This document shows, piece after piece, positions 8,481 to 16,877 of a DNA stretch of 61,627 bases. How positions within the stretch are numbered: the stretch's first letter is position 1; every line of letters begins with the position of its first letter. The notes under the pieces were generated by a model. That model saw only the letters and a program-made list of their open reading frames with translations, was not told where the DNA came from and ran no database searches. This DNA is from an uncultured Planctomycetales bacterium (lineage in GTDB: Bacteria > Omnitrophota > Gorgyraeia > Gygaellales > Profunditerraquicolaceae), in assembly GCA_964354795.1 (NCBI GenBank), contig CAYHBB010000005.1, positions 1 to 61,627 on the forward strand. Direction: 5' to 3'. The position numbers were made by a program, and so were the translations under genes.

Positions 8481-9295
8481 TATTTTTCCCCTTTACCGCT
8501 CTTGATCTTATTAAACAATTCCTGGGCAGCCTTTACCGTAGCGTTTTCGTGCACTATGGCACGCAGGGCTGCAGCCATTGCTACCGGATGGGGGCTCTGC
8601 CAGACATTCCTTCCCAAATTTATCCCGATAGCGCCTTTTTCCATACCGTCATGGACAAACTCAAACACCTCAGTCTCAGACGCGCATTTTGGGCCGCCGG
8701 CAATGACCACAGGAACCGGGCAGCCACTCACTACTTTTTCAAAACCATCCTCGCACCAGTAGGTTTTTACGATCCGAGCTCCCAACTCTGCGCAGATCCT
8801 GCAGGCAAGCCCCAGATACCGCGCGTCGCGCTTTTCTAATTCTTTTCCCACCGCTGTAACTGCCATTACAGGGATACCGTAATTTTCGCATTCGTTTACC
8901 AGCTCAGAAAGGTTCTTTAGCGTCTGATGTTCGTAATCTCTGCCCACAAAAACAGAAATGCCCACCGCGCTCGCATTCAGCCGGATGATCTCTTCTATTG
9001 AAGTGGTCAGGCACTCATTAGCCAGATCTTTACCCGCCATGCTTGTGCCGCCGGATACCCGCAGGATGATCGGCAGGCTGTTCAGTGCGTCAACCGCTGA
9101 ACGCAAAACTCCTCTGGTGACAAAAAGACCGTCGCAATATTTAAGCAGCGGCTTGATCGTCTCTCCCGGCTTTTCCAAACAACTGGTCGGGCCCTGAAAA
9201 TATCCGTGGTCGATAGGCATAAAGAAACATTTCCCGTCAGGAATCAATCTGTTCAGTCTGTTTTTCATTCCCCAGTCCATGATGACCTCCCTCAC
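8480..9295 (-). CDS. Class I aldolase of the DhnA/LsrF family
   Basis: DWGMKNRLNRL..., PIDHGYFQGP, IVKTYW (Schiff-base Lys region) and CPVPVVIAGGPK. From memory this matches E. coli LsrF along its whole length. Confidence 0.7.
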   Translation of the reverse strand: MREVIMDWGMKNRLNRLIPDGKCFFMPIDHGYFQGPTSCLEKPGETIKPLLKYCDGLFVTRGVLRSAVDALNSLPIILRVSGGTSMAGKDLANECLTTSIEEIIRLNASAVGISVFVGRDYEHQTLKNLSELVNECENYGIPVMAVTAVGKELEKRDARYLGLACRICAELGARIVKTYWCEDGFEKVVSGCPVPVVIAGGPKCASETEVFEFVHDGMEKGAIGINLGRNVWQSPHPVAMAAALRAIVHENATVKAAQELFNKIKSGKGEK

Positions 9296-10293
9296 TTGAA
9301 CTTGACCTGTTTAAATAATGCAAATAGCCGCGTAAAAGGCACATACCACTTGGAGAGCTGCGCTAATTGGCCCTCTAGCTTCATTTTGCCCTGCGTAACC
9401 GCCACAAACGAATCAAGTCTTCCCAAAAATACCTGCTCCCAGATCTCCTTTGGCGCAGAAATCACAAAAGAAGCATTAGCATCAGGGTCTAACCTAATGA
9501 TCCTTCCTTTTTCGAAATTGAATTTGAAGGCCTTATCGGTCCCGTCGAGCTTTATCGCTAATTGCACAGTCAGATCCAGCTCCTTGCCTTTCTGCGCGAT
9601 AAGTTCATCTTTATTTACGAGGTCTACGATCGCCTGGACATGTTCTCTGCTAAACATTGGGTAAGCGATTTCTTCACTGGTCAAGCCTTCTTTTAACGCT
9701 GTATCCAGATCATCGAGGATCTCTTTGTCAAAAAGCCTGGCTACAGCCGCGACCTTTACTGCCTCCTCTAACTCCTCGACTAAATATAAGGCGTCCTTAA
9801 ATTTATCCGCGATAGCGACTACGCCGTGATTCTTCAGCACAACAATATTGCTCATCCTTAAAGCCTCGATTACCGGCTCAAGCCTGGTGATGCTGGGAGT
9901 ATCCTGTCCTAAAACAGGGATATTTCCCAGGAATAGCTTTGTCTCAAAAGTCAGTGTCTTAAGAACTGAAACGGTTGCGAAATAGGCATTAGCCAAAGTG
10001 GGATGACAGTGGATGATCACGTTGTTTATAAAATTTTTGTATATTGTGCTATGCAGGGGGAATTCCGTAGTCAGGCGGCTGTTTTTTATATCCTGTTCAC
10101 TGGCTAAATCAACCTTGATGATATCATCACCGCTTAAGCTTCCGAGGCTTGCGCCGGTAGCGGTAATAAGAATCGTATTTTTATCGACTCGGGCGCTTAA
10201 ATTTCCTGACCGCGCCACAACCAGCCGCAGGCCATATAATTTCTTACCGATATTAATGATCTCATCCTTCAATAAATTTTCATGATCGGACAT
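9292..10293 (-). CDS. Class II aldolase/adducin-domain protein (MtnB/Ald2/FucA-like) fused to a C-terminal SCP2 domain
   Basis: IIHCHPT and LKNHGVV metal-ligand motifs in the N-terminal domain. The C-terminal ~100 aa resemble SCP2 (VTQGKMKLEGQLAQLSKW). Confidence 0.7.
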   Translation of the reverse strand: MSDHENLLKDEIINIGKKLYGLRLVVARSGNLSARVDKNTILITATGASLGSLSGDDIIKVDLASEQDIKNSRLTTEFPLHSTIYKNFINNVIIHCHPTLANAYFATVSVLKTLTFETKLFLGNIPVLGQDTPSITRLEPVIEALRMSNIVVLKNHGVVAIADKFKDALYLVEELEEAVKVAAVARLFDKEILDDLDTALKEGLTSEEIAYPMFSREHVQAIVDLVNKDELIAQKGKELDLTVQLAIKLDGTDKAFKFNFEKGRIIRLDPDANASFVISAPKEIWEQVFLGRLDSFVAVTQGKMKLEGQLAQLSKWYVPFTRLFALFKQVKFK

Positions 10294-11229
10294 TTAAACC
10301 CTCAGATAAATGAGTTTGGTGATCAAATGGCTGGGAGTGACATCAAATGCCGGGTAATATGCCTTTGCCCCTTTGGGTGCCAGGCTTATGCCCTGATACT
10401 CCAGCAATTCATGGTCAGGGCGGATTTCGATCAAGATGTCTTTGCCGCTTCTGGCTTCAGATGCCGGTGGGCAAAGCACATAAAAAGGAATGTTGAAGTG
10501 TTTAGCCAGGATCGCGATCTGATAGGTGCCGACTTTATTAGCGATATCCCCGTTTTGCGCTAAGTTATCCGCTCCGACGATGACTTTATTGATCCTGCCT
10601 TCGAACATCACTTGGGCCACCATGTTATCGCAGATGATAGTCACATCAAACCCCTCGCGCTTTAATTCCCAGGCAGTCAGGCGCGACCCTTGCAGATACG
10701 GCCTGGTCTCGGTAGCGTAGAAACGCACGCGCTTATTTTCTTTTTTAGCAAACTGCGCGATCAAAGGCATCTGCCCTGAGATATTACAGTGGGTAAGCAC
10801 AGCGTCGCCGTCATTTAAAAATTTGCTCATCTCCTCCGCCTGCTGGATGCGCTTATGTCTTAAGTTCTCCAGGAAACCTTTGATGCAACGCTCAAGGTCA
10901 ATATTAGACTTGGCCCAGTTCAAGACCATAGTGGTAAGGAACTTAAAAGACAGGGTTGGCCGGGTAGCATTGATAGCTTTAGCCACTTTCTCAAGCACTA
11001 CCAATAGCTTCTTTTTGTCTTTGGTCTGCTGGATGACTTGCAGGAAGATGCAGAAAACCAGGATCACCTGTCCCACTGCCCGGGTCTTCATCTCTTTTAT
11101 CGCTAGGCACGCCTGCTTATAATTTCTTACTTTTACATAAACAAGCTTATGCGGCAACTTGGTCTCATCAAGGATGTAGATTGTGCTGCCCTTTAATTGA
11201 ATCGGCCAAAATAACGGCGAAAACTTCAT
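10294..11229 (-). CDS. mtnA: S-methyl-5-thioribose-1-phosphate isomerase (eIF-2B alpha/beta/delta family)
   Basis: ATETRPYLQGSRLTAWEL, VIVGADNLAQNGDIANKVGTY and PFYVLCP. Confidence 0.8.
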   Translation of the reverse strand: MKFSPLFWPIQLKGSTIYILDETKLPHKLVYVKVRNYKQACLAIKEMKTRAVGQVILVFCIFLQVIQQTKDKKKLLVVLEKVAKAINATRPTLSFKFLTTMVLNWAKSNIDLERCIKGFLENLRHKRIQQAEEMSKFLNDGDAVLTHCNISGQMPLIAQFAKKENKRVRFYATETRPYLQGSRLTAWELKREGFDVTIICDNMVAQVMFEGRINKVIVGADNLAQNGDIANKVGTYQIAILAKHFNIPFYVLCPPASEARSGKDILIEIRPDHELLEYQGISLAPKGAKAYYPAFDVTPSHLITKLIYLRV

Positions 11230-11328
11230 CTTTCTCCTTATTCAGGGACGGTTCTCAAACCGAAGCAAAACTGTCCCTCTTTAAGGGACAGTTTAAGATT
11301 AAGTTGAGAACCGTCCCTGATTTATTAA

Positions 11329-12078
11329 TTATTTTCCTTCCAGCTTTTTCACTGCCTCTAACGCAATCGTAATCAGATTTGACTCCGCCATGTAATATAG
11401 GGGATTCATAAATCCCATCTCTCCAGTGATGACATTGTCGCTGATTGCCAGGATCGAGCCTGCCTTTATTTTGTAAGTCTGGGCGATAGTAAGCAGGGTC
11501 GAAGAGACCATGTCCACTACTTTTGCGCCTTCTTTGCGCTTGACTTCCACTATTTCGCGTGTCTCACGAAGAAGCGCGTCAGTGGTCCAAGCCACGCCGC
11601 GGTGCACATTCAGGCCCATGCTTTTTGCGATATCATACATGGTGTCGGAGATCTTTTTATCGGCAACTGTCTTGAAATCTTTATCCACGTAATACGGGGT
11701 GACCCCGTCGCCGCGGATTACTTCATCTACAATAAATAAATCTCCGACTTTAATAAACTCATCCAAAGAGCCCGCGGTGCCGATACGAATAATATTCTGG
11801 ATCTCGGCATTGCACATCACTTCCGCGGTGATGGCGGTGTCAGTAGAGAACCTTCCGCCGTTCATGGCCGTGATCTTGATGCCGTTGAACATGCCGGTGT
11901 ACATATTATACTCCATGAAAGAGAAGTTCTTCACGGGATTTTCTATTTTTTTCAAAAGCACATCCAGCCTGTCTTTTGGCCCTGGGACAATGGCGTATTT
12001 ACCCACATCCTGCGGCCTGAGCTGCACCATCTGCGTCAGGTCCTTACCCGTCATATGCACATCTTTTTGCATCTGCAT
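11329..12078 (-). CDS. PNP/UDP-family nucleoside phosphorylase (candidate MTA/5'-dA phosphorylase)
   Basis: RIGTAGSL motif and VDMVSST. The ATG at 12078 was chosen because AGGAGAG lies 6 nt upstream. The longer tracked ORF only translates the family B leader. Confidence 0.65.
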   Translation of the reverse strand: MQMQKDVHMTGKDLTQMVQLRPQDVGKYAIVPGPKDRLDVLLKKIENPVKNFSFMEYNMYTGMFNGIKITAMNGGRFSTDTAITAEVMCNAEIQNIIRIGTAGSLDEFIKVGDLFIVDEVIRGDGVTPYYVDKDFKTVADKKISDTMYDIAKSMGLNVHRGVAWTTDALLRETREIVEVKRKEGAKVVDMVSSTLLTIAQTYKIKAGSILAISDNVITGEMGFMNPLYYMAESNLITIALEAVKKLEGK

Positions 12079-12090
12079 GTTTACTCTCCT

Positions 12091-12133
12091 TTCACAGTAA
12101 GTGAAACACTGGCCTATCCTATAAGGCCAGGTG
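12091..12133 (-). promoter_or_regulatory. Family B leader element (hairpin 1 plus hairpin 2, abutting the SD)
   Basis: Minus-strand RNA: CACCTGGCCT-TATAGGAT-AGGCCAGTG, then TTTCAC-TTACT-GTGAAA, then GGAGAG. Confidence 0.7.
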
Positions 12134-12162
12134 TTAAAAATTCCTGTTTCTCGCGGGCTATA

Positions 12163-12253
12163 GTTAGCGGGCACCTGCCGAAGACAGGGTGGCTTGGCTT
12201 GTCCTGCGCGCGGCTTATGGCCGTGCTCGGATCAAGCCAAGCCACCCGCTAAC
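12163..12253. repeat. Family C inverted-repeat element, copy 1
   Basis: GTTAGCGGG...GGTGGCTTGGCTTG pairs with CAAGCCAAGCCACCCGCTAAC. A 60-nt core is identical to 59433-59492. Confidence 0.85.
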
Positions 12254-12262
12254 ATGCATTCC

Positions 12263-13174
12263 TCACGAAGTAAATATTCTATCTAAATTCCCGCCTAAAA
12301 TACTTTCTTTATCTTCTTCCGACACCTCTAAACTCCGCACCGCGTTAATCGAGCTAAGGATGTCCTTCTTTGCCGGCCAGTCGCTGCCCCACAATAAATG
12401 CTTTGGACCTAAGAGTTCCAGCGCGGCAAGAAAATTAGCCTTGCGGATATCTCCGCTGGTATCCACATATATATTCTTCAGGAAATCCGTCGGATTGCCT
12501 TTTAAATCTTTGACAAAATCGACCCCGCGAAGCATTTGATATGTCGCATCAAATCGATGAGACAGATTTGGGATGACTCCGCCAAAATACCCAAAGATAA
12601 ATTTCACGCTATAATCACGCAGGATATCCGACATCAGGAGTTTACCAATACAAATCGTGGTGTCGAAAACATACTCGATCACCGGGGTCAGAAGTGGATC
12701 CTGCACCCGCTCAAAACCTATAGGATTGACTATCTGCGAATGCACGAAAATAGGGATAGCCTTCTCCTGCGCCAGCTTATACAAGATAAGGAATCTTGAA
12801 TCTTCAAGATATATCCCGTTATAGCTTGTGGCCAGCGAAATCGCCCTGAATCCAAGCTCTTCGGTAGCGCGCTTAAACTCCCACAACATCTCTTCCTCGT
12901 TATCAATAGGTAAAACAGCTGCCCCGATAAAACGCGAAGGATGATCTTTCAATATTCTGGCGACGTTATTATTAAAGGCCTTTGCTACCGCGCCGTGGCC
13001 ACCAAGCTTTACAAAAGCGTCAGAAGTTGGATACGAAAGTACCGCCTGATCGATTCCGGCCTCATCCATTGCCTTAAGCTGTGCCTCGATCATGCCCCAA
13101 CCCTTATGGTAAAAATGGGCGTTGAGAATCACCTCTTCCGGCAGCCAGTGGCTGTGCGCGTCGATTATCTTCAT
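12263..13174 (-). CDS. Amidohydrolase-2 (ACMSD/decarboxylase-type TIM-barrel metal hydrolase)
   Basis: IIDAHSHW N-terminal His-x-His, GSDWP near the C-terminus. Confidence 0.7.
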   Translation of the reverse strand: MKIIDAHSHWLPEEVILNAHFYHKGWGMIEAQLKAMDEAGIDQAVLSYPTSDAFVKLGGHGAVAKAFNNNVARILKDHPSRFIGAAVLPIDNEEEMLWEFKRATEELGFRAISLATSYNGIYLEDSRFLILYKLAQEKAIPIFVHSQIVNPIGFERVQDPLLTPVIEYVFDTTICIGKLLMSDILRDYSVKFIFGYFGGVIPNLSHRFDATYQMLRGVDFVKDLKGNPTDFLKNIYVDTSGDIRKANFLAALELLGPKHLLWGSDWPAKKDILSSINAVRSLEVSEEDKESILGGNLDRIFTS

Positions 13175-13239
13175 TGTAGTAACCTTTTTATGAAATCCGC
13201 AATCCTTCTACAGTTCAAAAGATACCGCATACTTCATGG

Positions 13240-13638
13240 CTAAAGCTTTTGCTCCCGCTCTTGGAGGATGCGCCGAATCATCTCCTGCTCATAAAAAACT
13301 TCGATCTCTTCCAGGCCCTTCTTGCCAAACTCTTTCTCAATCGACTTCTCAATAGCCTGAAGCTTCAGCTGCAGGAAATAATATTCCGGCTTCAGCTCCT
13401 TACCTTCGTATTTGCGGCCCAAAGCATCCTTTTCTTTATTCTGGATATATACCTTGAATTCCTCAATATAATTTTTGGCGGCTCTGCTTGTATCAAATTT
13501 ACGCATCTGCTCCAAAATATACTGATCGATTTCAAGTTGGGTGAACTTACGATCTATCTTATCCAGAGATTCCCTGACCTGCTTATAAAACCAGATCAGG
13601 TATCGTTTTTTAAGGCTTTTGCTGTCTTGCTTCTTCAT
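13240..13638 (-). CDS. Hypothetical coiled-coil protein
   Basis: Lys/Glu-rich helical composition with no recognisable motif. It abuts the upstream gene (2-nt gap). Confidence 0.5.
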   Translation of the reverse strand: MKKQDSKSLKKRYLIWFYKQVRESLDKIDRKFTQLEIDQYILEQMRKFDTSRAAKNYIEEFKVYIQNKEKDALGRKYEGKELKPEYYFLQLKLQAIEKSIEKEFGKKGLEEIEVFYEQEMIRRILQEREQKL

Positions 13639-13639
13639 A

Positions 13640-14248
13640 TTATTTCTTCACCAATTCCACTGTGTCAAAGTAAAGCGTACCCTTGGATTCAGGTAAAGGC
13701 TCAAACTGGAACACTTTGATGGGGTAATCAATGTTACCGTTATTGTCGGAGTTCTGAGGCTGCCAGTCGGTACGCAGGACAAATTTATCAAAGCTGCAGA
13801 CGATCTGTTTCCATCCAGTGAAGTCGTCTACAACGATGAAGCGCCACAGCTCATTACCGTTATCCTTGATATCAAAAGCCACCTGTGCCTTAGAGTCAGT
13901 GCCATACATAAAAAAGGAGATTGCGCTATACTCTTCCCATTTGATATCCTCGGGGCTTATCTGCCAGCTGGCATTCTTAGCGTCAAGGGCAGAACCCTTA
14001 GCAATATACATATACCCACCCTTAACCGCATCATATACTACTTTGATCGACTGATTTCCGCTATTCTTCGTATTTTTATCTGCGGTAACTACCACTGATG
14101 AGCCGTTACCAGAGCCAAAATCAAAAGTACCCGCAGGGCCTCCGGAAACATCCACCTCAAAATCATCTACCAACAAATTGTCCGCGGCAAAACAGACTAA
14201 AAATGTTACAAGGACAAAACTTAGAACTAAAAATAACGGCTTTCTCAT
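13640..14248 (-). CDS. Secreted beta-rich protein (CBM/CIA30-like fold suspected)
   Basis: Signal peptide MRKPLFLVLSFVLVTFLVCFA. The family guess is weak. Confidence 0.4.
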   Translation of the reverse strand: MRKPLFLVLSFVLVTFLVCFAADNLLVDDFEVDVSGGPAGTFDFGSGNGSSVVVTADKNTKNSGNQSIKVVYDAVKGGYMYIAKGSALDAKNASWQISPEDIKWEEYSAISFFMYGTDSKAQVAFDIKDNGNELWRFIVVDDFTGWKQIVCSFDKFVLRTDWQPQNSDNNGNIDYPIKVFQFEPLPESKGTLYFDTVELVKK

Positions 14249-14267
14249 TCTTCCTCCTTAGTTGTTA

Positions 14268-14378
14268 GGTTATCAGTATATCGGAATATCAGTTGGCGGA
14301 ATATCAGGATAGCAGGTTTAGTTTTCTCTGATTCCCTGATATTCTGAACGCTGATTCTCTAATTCCCTGATAATCTGG
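14268..14378. repeat. Family D inverted-repeat element (TATCAG/CTGATA arms), copy 1
   Basis: The left arm carries repeated (A/T)ATCAG and the right arm repeated CTGAT(A/T). It is collinear with 39824-39928 (GGTTATCA..ATATCGG..ATATCAG....CTGATATTC...CTGATAATCTG). Confidence 0.8.
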
Positions 14379-14393
14379 CTTACATATTCTAAG

Positions 14394-15167
14394 CTACTTA
14401 TCCGGATGCTGTTGTTTAAAGGGAATCACCGGAGCCGTCCACGGCGTCTGCTGATTGATCACCGAGATCTCCAAAGGACAGACATTCTGCGGAACCGTAA
14501 GCGCGAATTTTACCGCATTTTCAATTGCCTCAGTAGTCATCAGACGCGATGTGTTAGAGGTAATCTCGCTTAGCTTCCCGGTTAAATCGGTATCCGTAAC
14601 TCCTGGCAAGATGGAAGTCACCTTTATTCCATGGTCGCGCAACTCCCAAAATAACCCCTTAGAAAAAGCGCGTAACCCCACCTTTAAAGAGCTATAAACA
14701 ATAAAATTCCTCGGAAGCGGATCGCACAAGGTCGAACCGGAAACCATGTTGATGATCGCTCCGGATTTGTTTTTGATCATATCGTTGATCACCAGCCGTA
14801 TCAAGCGCACATACCCCAGATAATTGGTATGCGCCAGCCTCTCAAAATCCTCAATGGGCTGCTCCTGAAACGGATATTGGGAAGATACCCCCGCATTATT
14901 GATCAGGATGTCTATCCTGCCGTATTTCTCCTTGGTTTTGTTGACCAAGTTCTCCAAATCCTCTAATTTTGTGACATCACAGACAACCGGCAAGACTTCG
15001 ACCTTATACTTTTTAGCGATCTCTTCCGCCGTTTCTTTAAGCGGACCTTCCTGGCGCGCAGCAATCACCAAATTTATCCCGAGGCCCGCAGCTGTGCATG
15101 CCAGAGCCTTACCGATCCCGCGGCTGGCACCGGTTATAATCGCTGTCTTTCCTTTTAAGTTTTCCAT
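14394..15167 (-). CDS. Short-chain dehydrogenase/reductase (candidate ketoreductase)
   Basis: TGASRGIG, NNAG, and the YSSLK catalytic Tyr-x3-Lys. Confidence 0.85.
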   Translation of the reverse strand: MENLKGKTAIITGASRGIGKALACTAAGLGINLVIAARQEGPLKETAEEIAKKYKVEVLPVVCDVTKLEDLENLVNKTKEKYGRIDILINNAGVSSQYPFQEQPIEDFERLAHTNYLGYVRLIRLVINDMIKNKSGAIINMVSGSTLCDPLPRNFIVYSSLKVGLRAFSKGLFWELRDHGIKVTSILPGVTDTDLTGKLSEITSNTSRLMTTEAIENAVKFALTVPQNVCPLEISVINQQTPWTAPVIPFKQQHPDK

Positions 15168-15197
15168 CTTTACCCCCTTAATTTGCCATTATTTTTC

Positions 15198-15264
15198 AGC
15201 TCTGCAAATACCCCGAAGCCTACGCATGAAATTCTTGAGGCAACCCACAAGAATTTCAAAGTGA
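15198..15264. repeat. Family E intercistronic element, copy 1 (hairpin B module)
   Basis: CCCCGAAGCCTACGCATGAAATTCTTG...CAAGAATTTCAAAGTGATTAGGCAAGGGGCAA. It shares TTAGGCAAGGGGCAA with 23707-23722. Confidence 0.7.
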
Positions 15265-16383
15265 TTAGGCAAGGGGCAACCTTTTACTTAAGAATAATAA
15301 CCCGATAAGACAAAATCCAAAAACCGTAAAGCCCAAAGCAAAACTTTGTTGCATAACTAATCCACCCAAAGCTACACCTAAGCCCCCGGAAATAAAACGC
15401 ACGCTGCTGTTAAGGCTAGCTGCCTCATTCAAATATTCCTTAGGCAAATCAGTCAATAACGTAGAGAGCCCGGCATGATTAAAGGTCCAACCCACCCCCC
15501 AGACAATCATTAATAACGCCAACACCAGAAATGGCGATTGCAACATCAATAAAGACACGCTGATTACCATCAAGACTATTCCGATATTAAGAGTTCTAAC
15601 CCTGCCCAGAGAATCGGAAAACTTTCCCCCGATTACCTCACCAAATACTCCACTTAAGCTAGTCAGCGTTATCAGCATGCTGATATAAAATTGCGAAAGA
15701 ACGAAACTTTTTGAAAAATACACTGCCAGCCACTGCTGCACCCCGTGATAAAACAGGCTGACCATAAATATATAGGTAAATACTATTAAGACGTTTTTGT
15801 TCTTAAGCGCCCGACCGTAATTTACCCTGAATCCGGTGGCATCTTGCTTAAAGCTGGGTAGGAATAAATACATCGCCAGCATCAAAATGAATCCGGCTAT
15901 TCCAGGGAGCAGGAAAATGAGGCGCCAATGGATGAAGCTGCTTAGCAGGAGCCCAAGTAAGGACGCTACAAATGTAGCGCCGAAAAAAAATCCTACATAC
16001 TCACCGCGTTTCTTAGGCTCAATATGCTCGCCGATCAAGATCAAGCCAAGAGGTATAACTGATGCGCCGAACACCCCCATCAGCACCCGCGCGGTAAAGA
16101 GCGCGCCGATATTCTGCGCTAGAGCCGCCAGAATATTCGCGCAGGAGAAAAAAAACAAACAAGCCAGCTCTACTTTCTTGGCATCATATGCCCGCACCAG
16201 TGGGCCGTAGAAAAGCGCGGATACTCCGTATGGCAGCATATAAAACCATACGATTTTACCTACTAAAAACTGAGAAAGAGCAAATTCTTTTGCAACCGAG
16301 GGAACCAAAGCCGCGGCTGCCGCTACGTTGAATGATAATACCGCGCTTTCAAGGCAAAGAATTATAAAAGTTAAATTGCTCAA
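15265..16383 (-). CDS. MFS transporter
   Basis: About 12 predicted TM segments. An MFS motif-A-type loop lies at GPLVRAYDAKKV. Confidence 0.75.
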   Translation of the reverse strand: MSNLTFIILCLESAVLSFNVAAAAALVPSVAKEFALSQFLVGKIVWFYMLPYGVSALFYGPLVRAYDAKKVELACLFFFSCANILAALAQNIGALFTARVLMGVFGASVIPLGLILIGEHIEPKKRGEYVGFFFGATFVASLLGLLLSSFIHWRLIFLLPGIAGFILMLAMYLFLPSFKQDATGFRVNYGRALKNKNVLIVFTYIFMVSLFYHGVQQWLAVYFSKSFVLSQFYISMLITLTSLSGVFGEVIGGKFSDSLGRVRTLNIGIVLMVISVSLLMLQSPFLVLALLMIVWGVGWTFNHAGLSTLLTDLPKEYLNEAASLNSSVRFISGGLGVALGGLVMQQSFALGFTVFGFCLIGLLFLSKRLPLA

Positions 16384-16384
16384 C

Positions 16385-16867
16385 TTATTTCTTTGCTTCC
16401 CGCTCTATGATCTCTTTAAATATCTTCAAATTATGCTGCGAGCCTTCGTTAATGAACCCTTCGATCTGGGTATCATTAAATTTAAAAGTTTTTTCCATTT
16501 CAAAATCTTGAATCCAAGTCAGCTTAACAGGACAGAAGTCCGTAGTTTGGCCTCCATTAGCCAAAGCCATACCTTCCTGGACAAGCGTATAAAGCCAGAT
16601 AATTTTCATGTACTTAAAAGGAAATACTGGCTCATGACGCTGAGCATAGGTAAAATATTTATCCTTGAATAGCAACCTCCAGGAAACCCAGGACTTATCG
16701 TCTTCGTCAGTCAGGCGGAAAGTGATCTTATTATCTTTCTTTTCTAAAACCTCTGCCTTCTTATATTCAGTGCCGAATAATTCTGTCCAGCGAGTAATGT
16801 CGTTAGAAATATCGAAAACTAGATCATAAGGCGCGTTAATGATTATAGAATTACATGTATGGCCCAT
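16385..16867 (-). CDS. SRPBCC-superfamily protein (polyketide aromatase/cyclase-like)
   Basis: N-terminal IIINAPYDLVFDISNDITRWTELF is typical of Polyketide_cyc2/TcmN-like proteins, and the size (160 aa) fits. Confidence 0.6.
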   Translation of the reverse strand: MGHTCNSIIINAPYDLVFDISNDITRWTELFGTEYKKAEVLEKKDNKITFRLTDEDDKSWVSWRLLFKDKYFTYAQRHEPVFPFKYMKIIWLYTLVQEGMALANGGQTTDFCPVKLTWIQDFEMEKTFKFNDTQIEGFINEGSQHNLKIFKEIIEREAKK

Positions 16868-16877
16868 ATTTTCTCCT

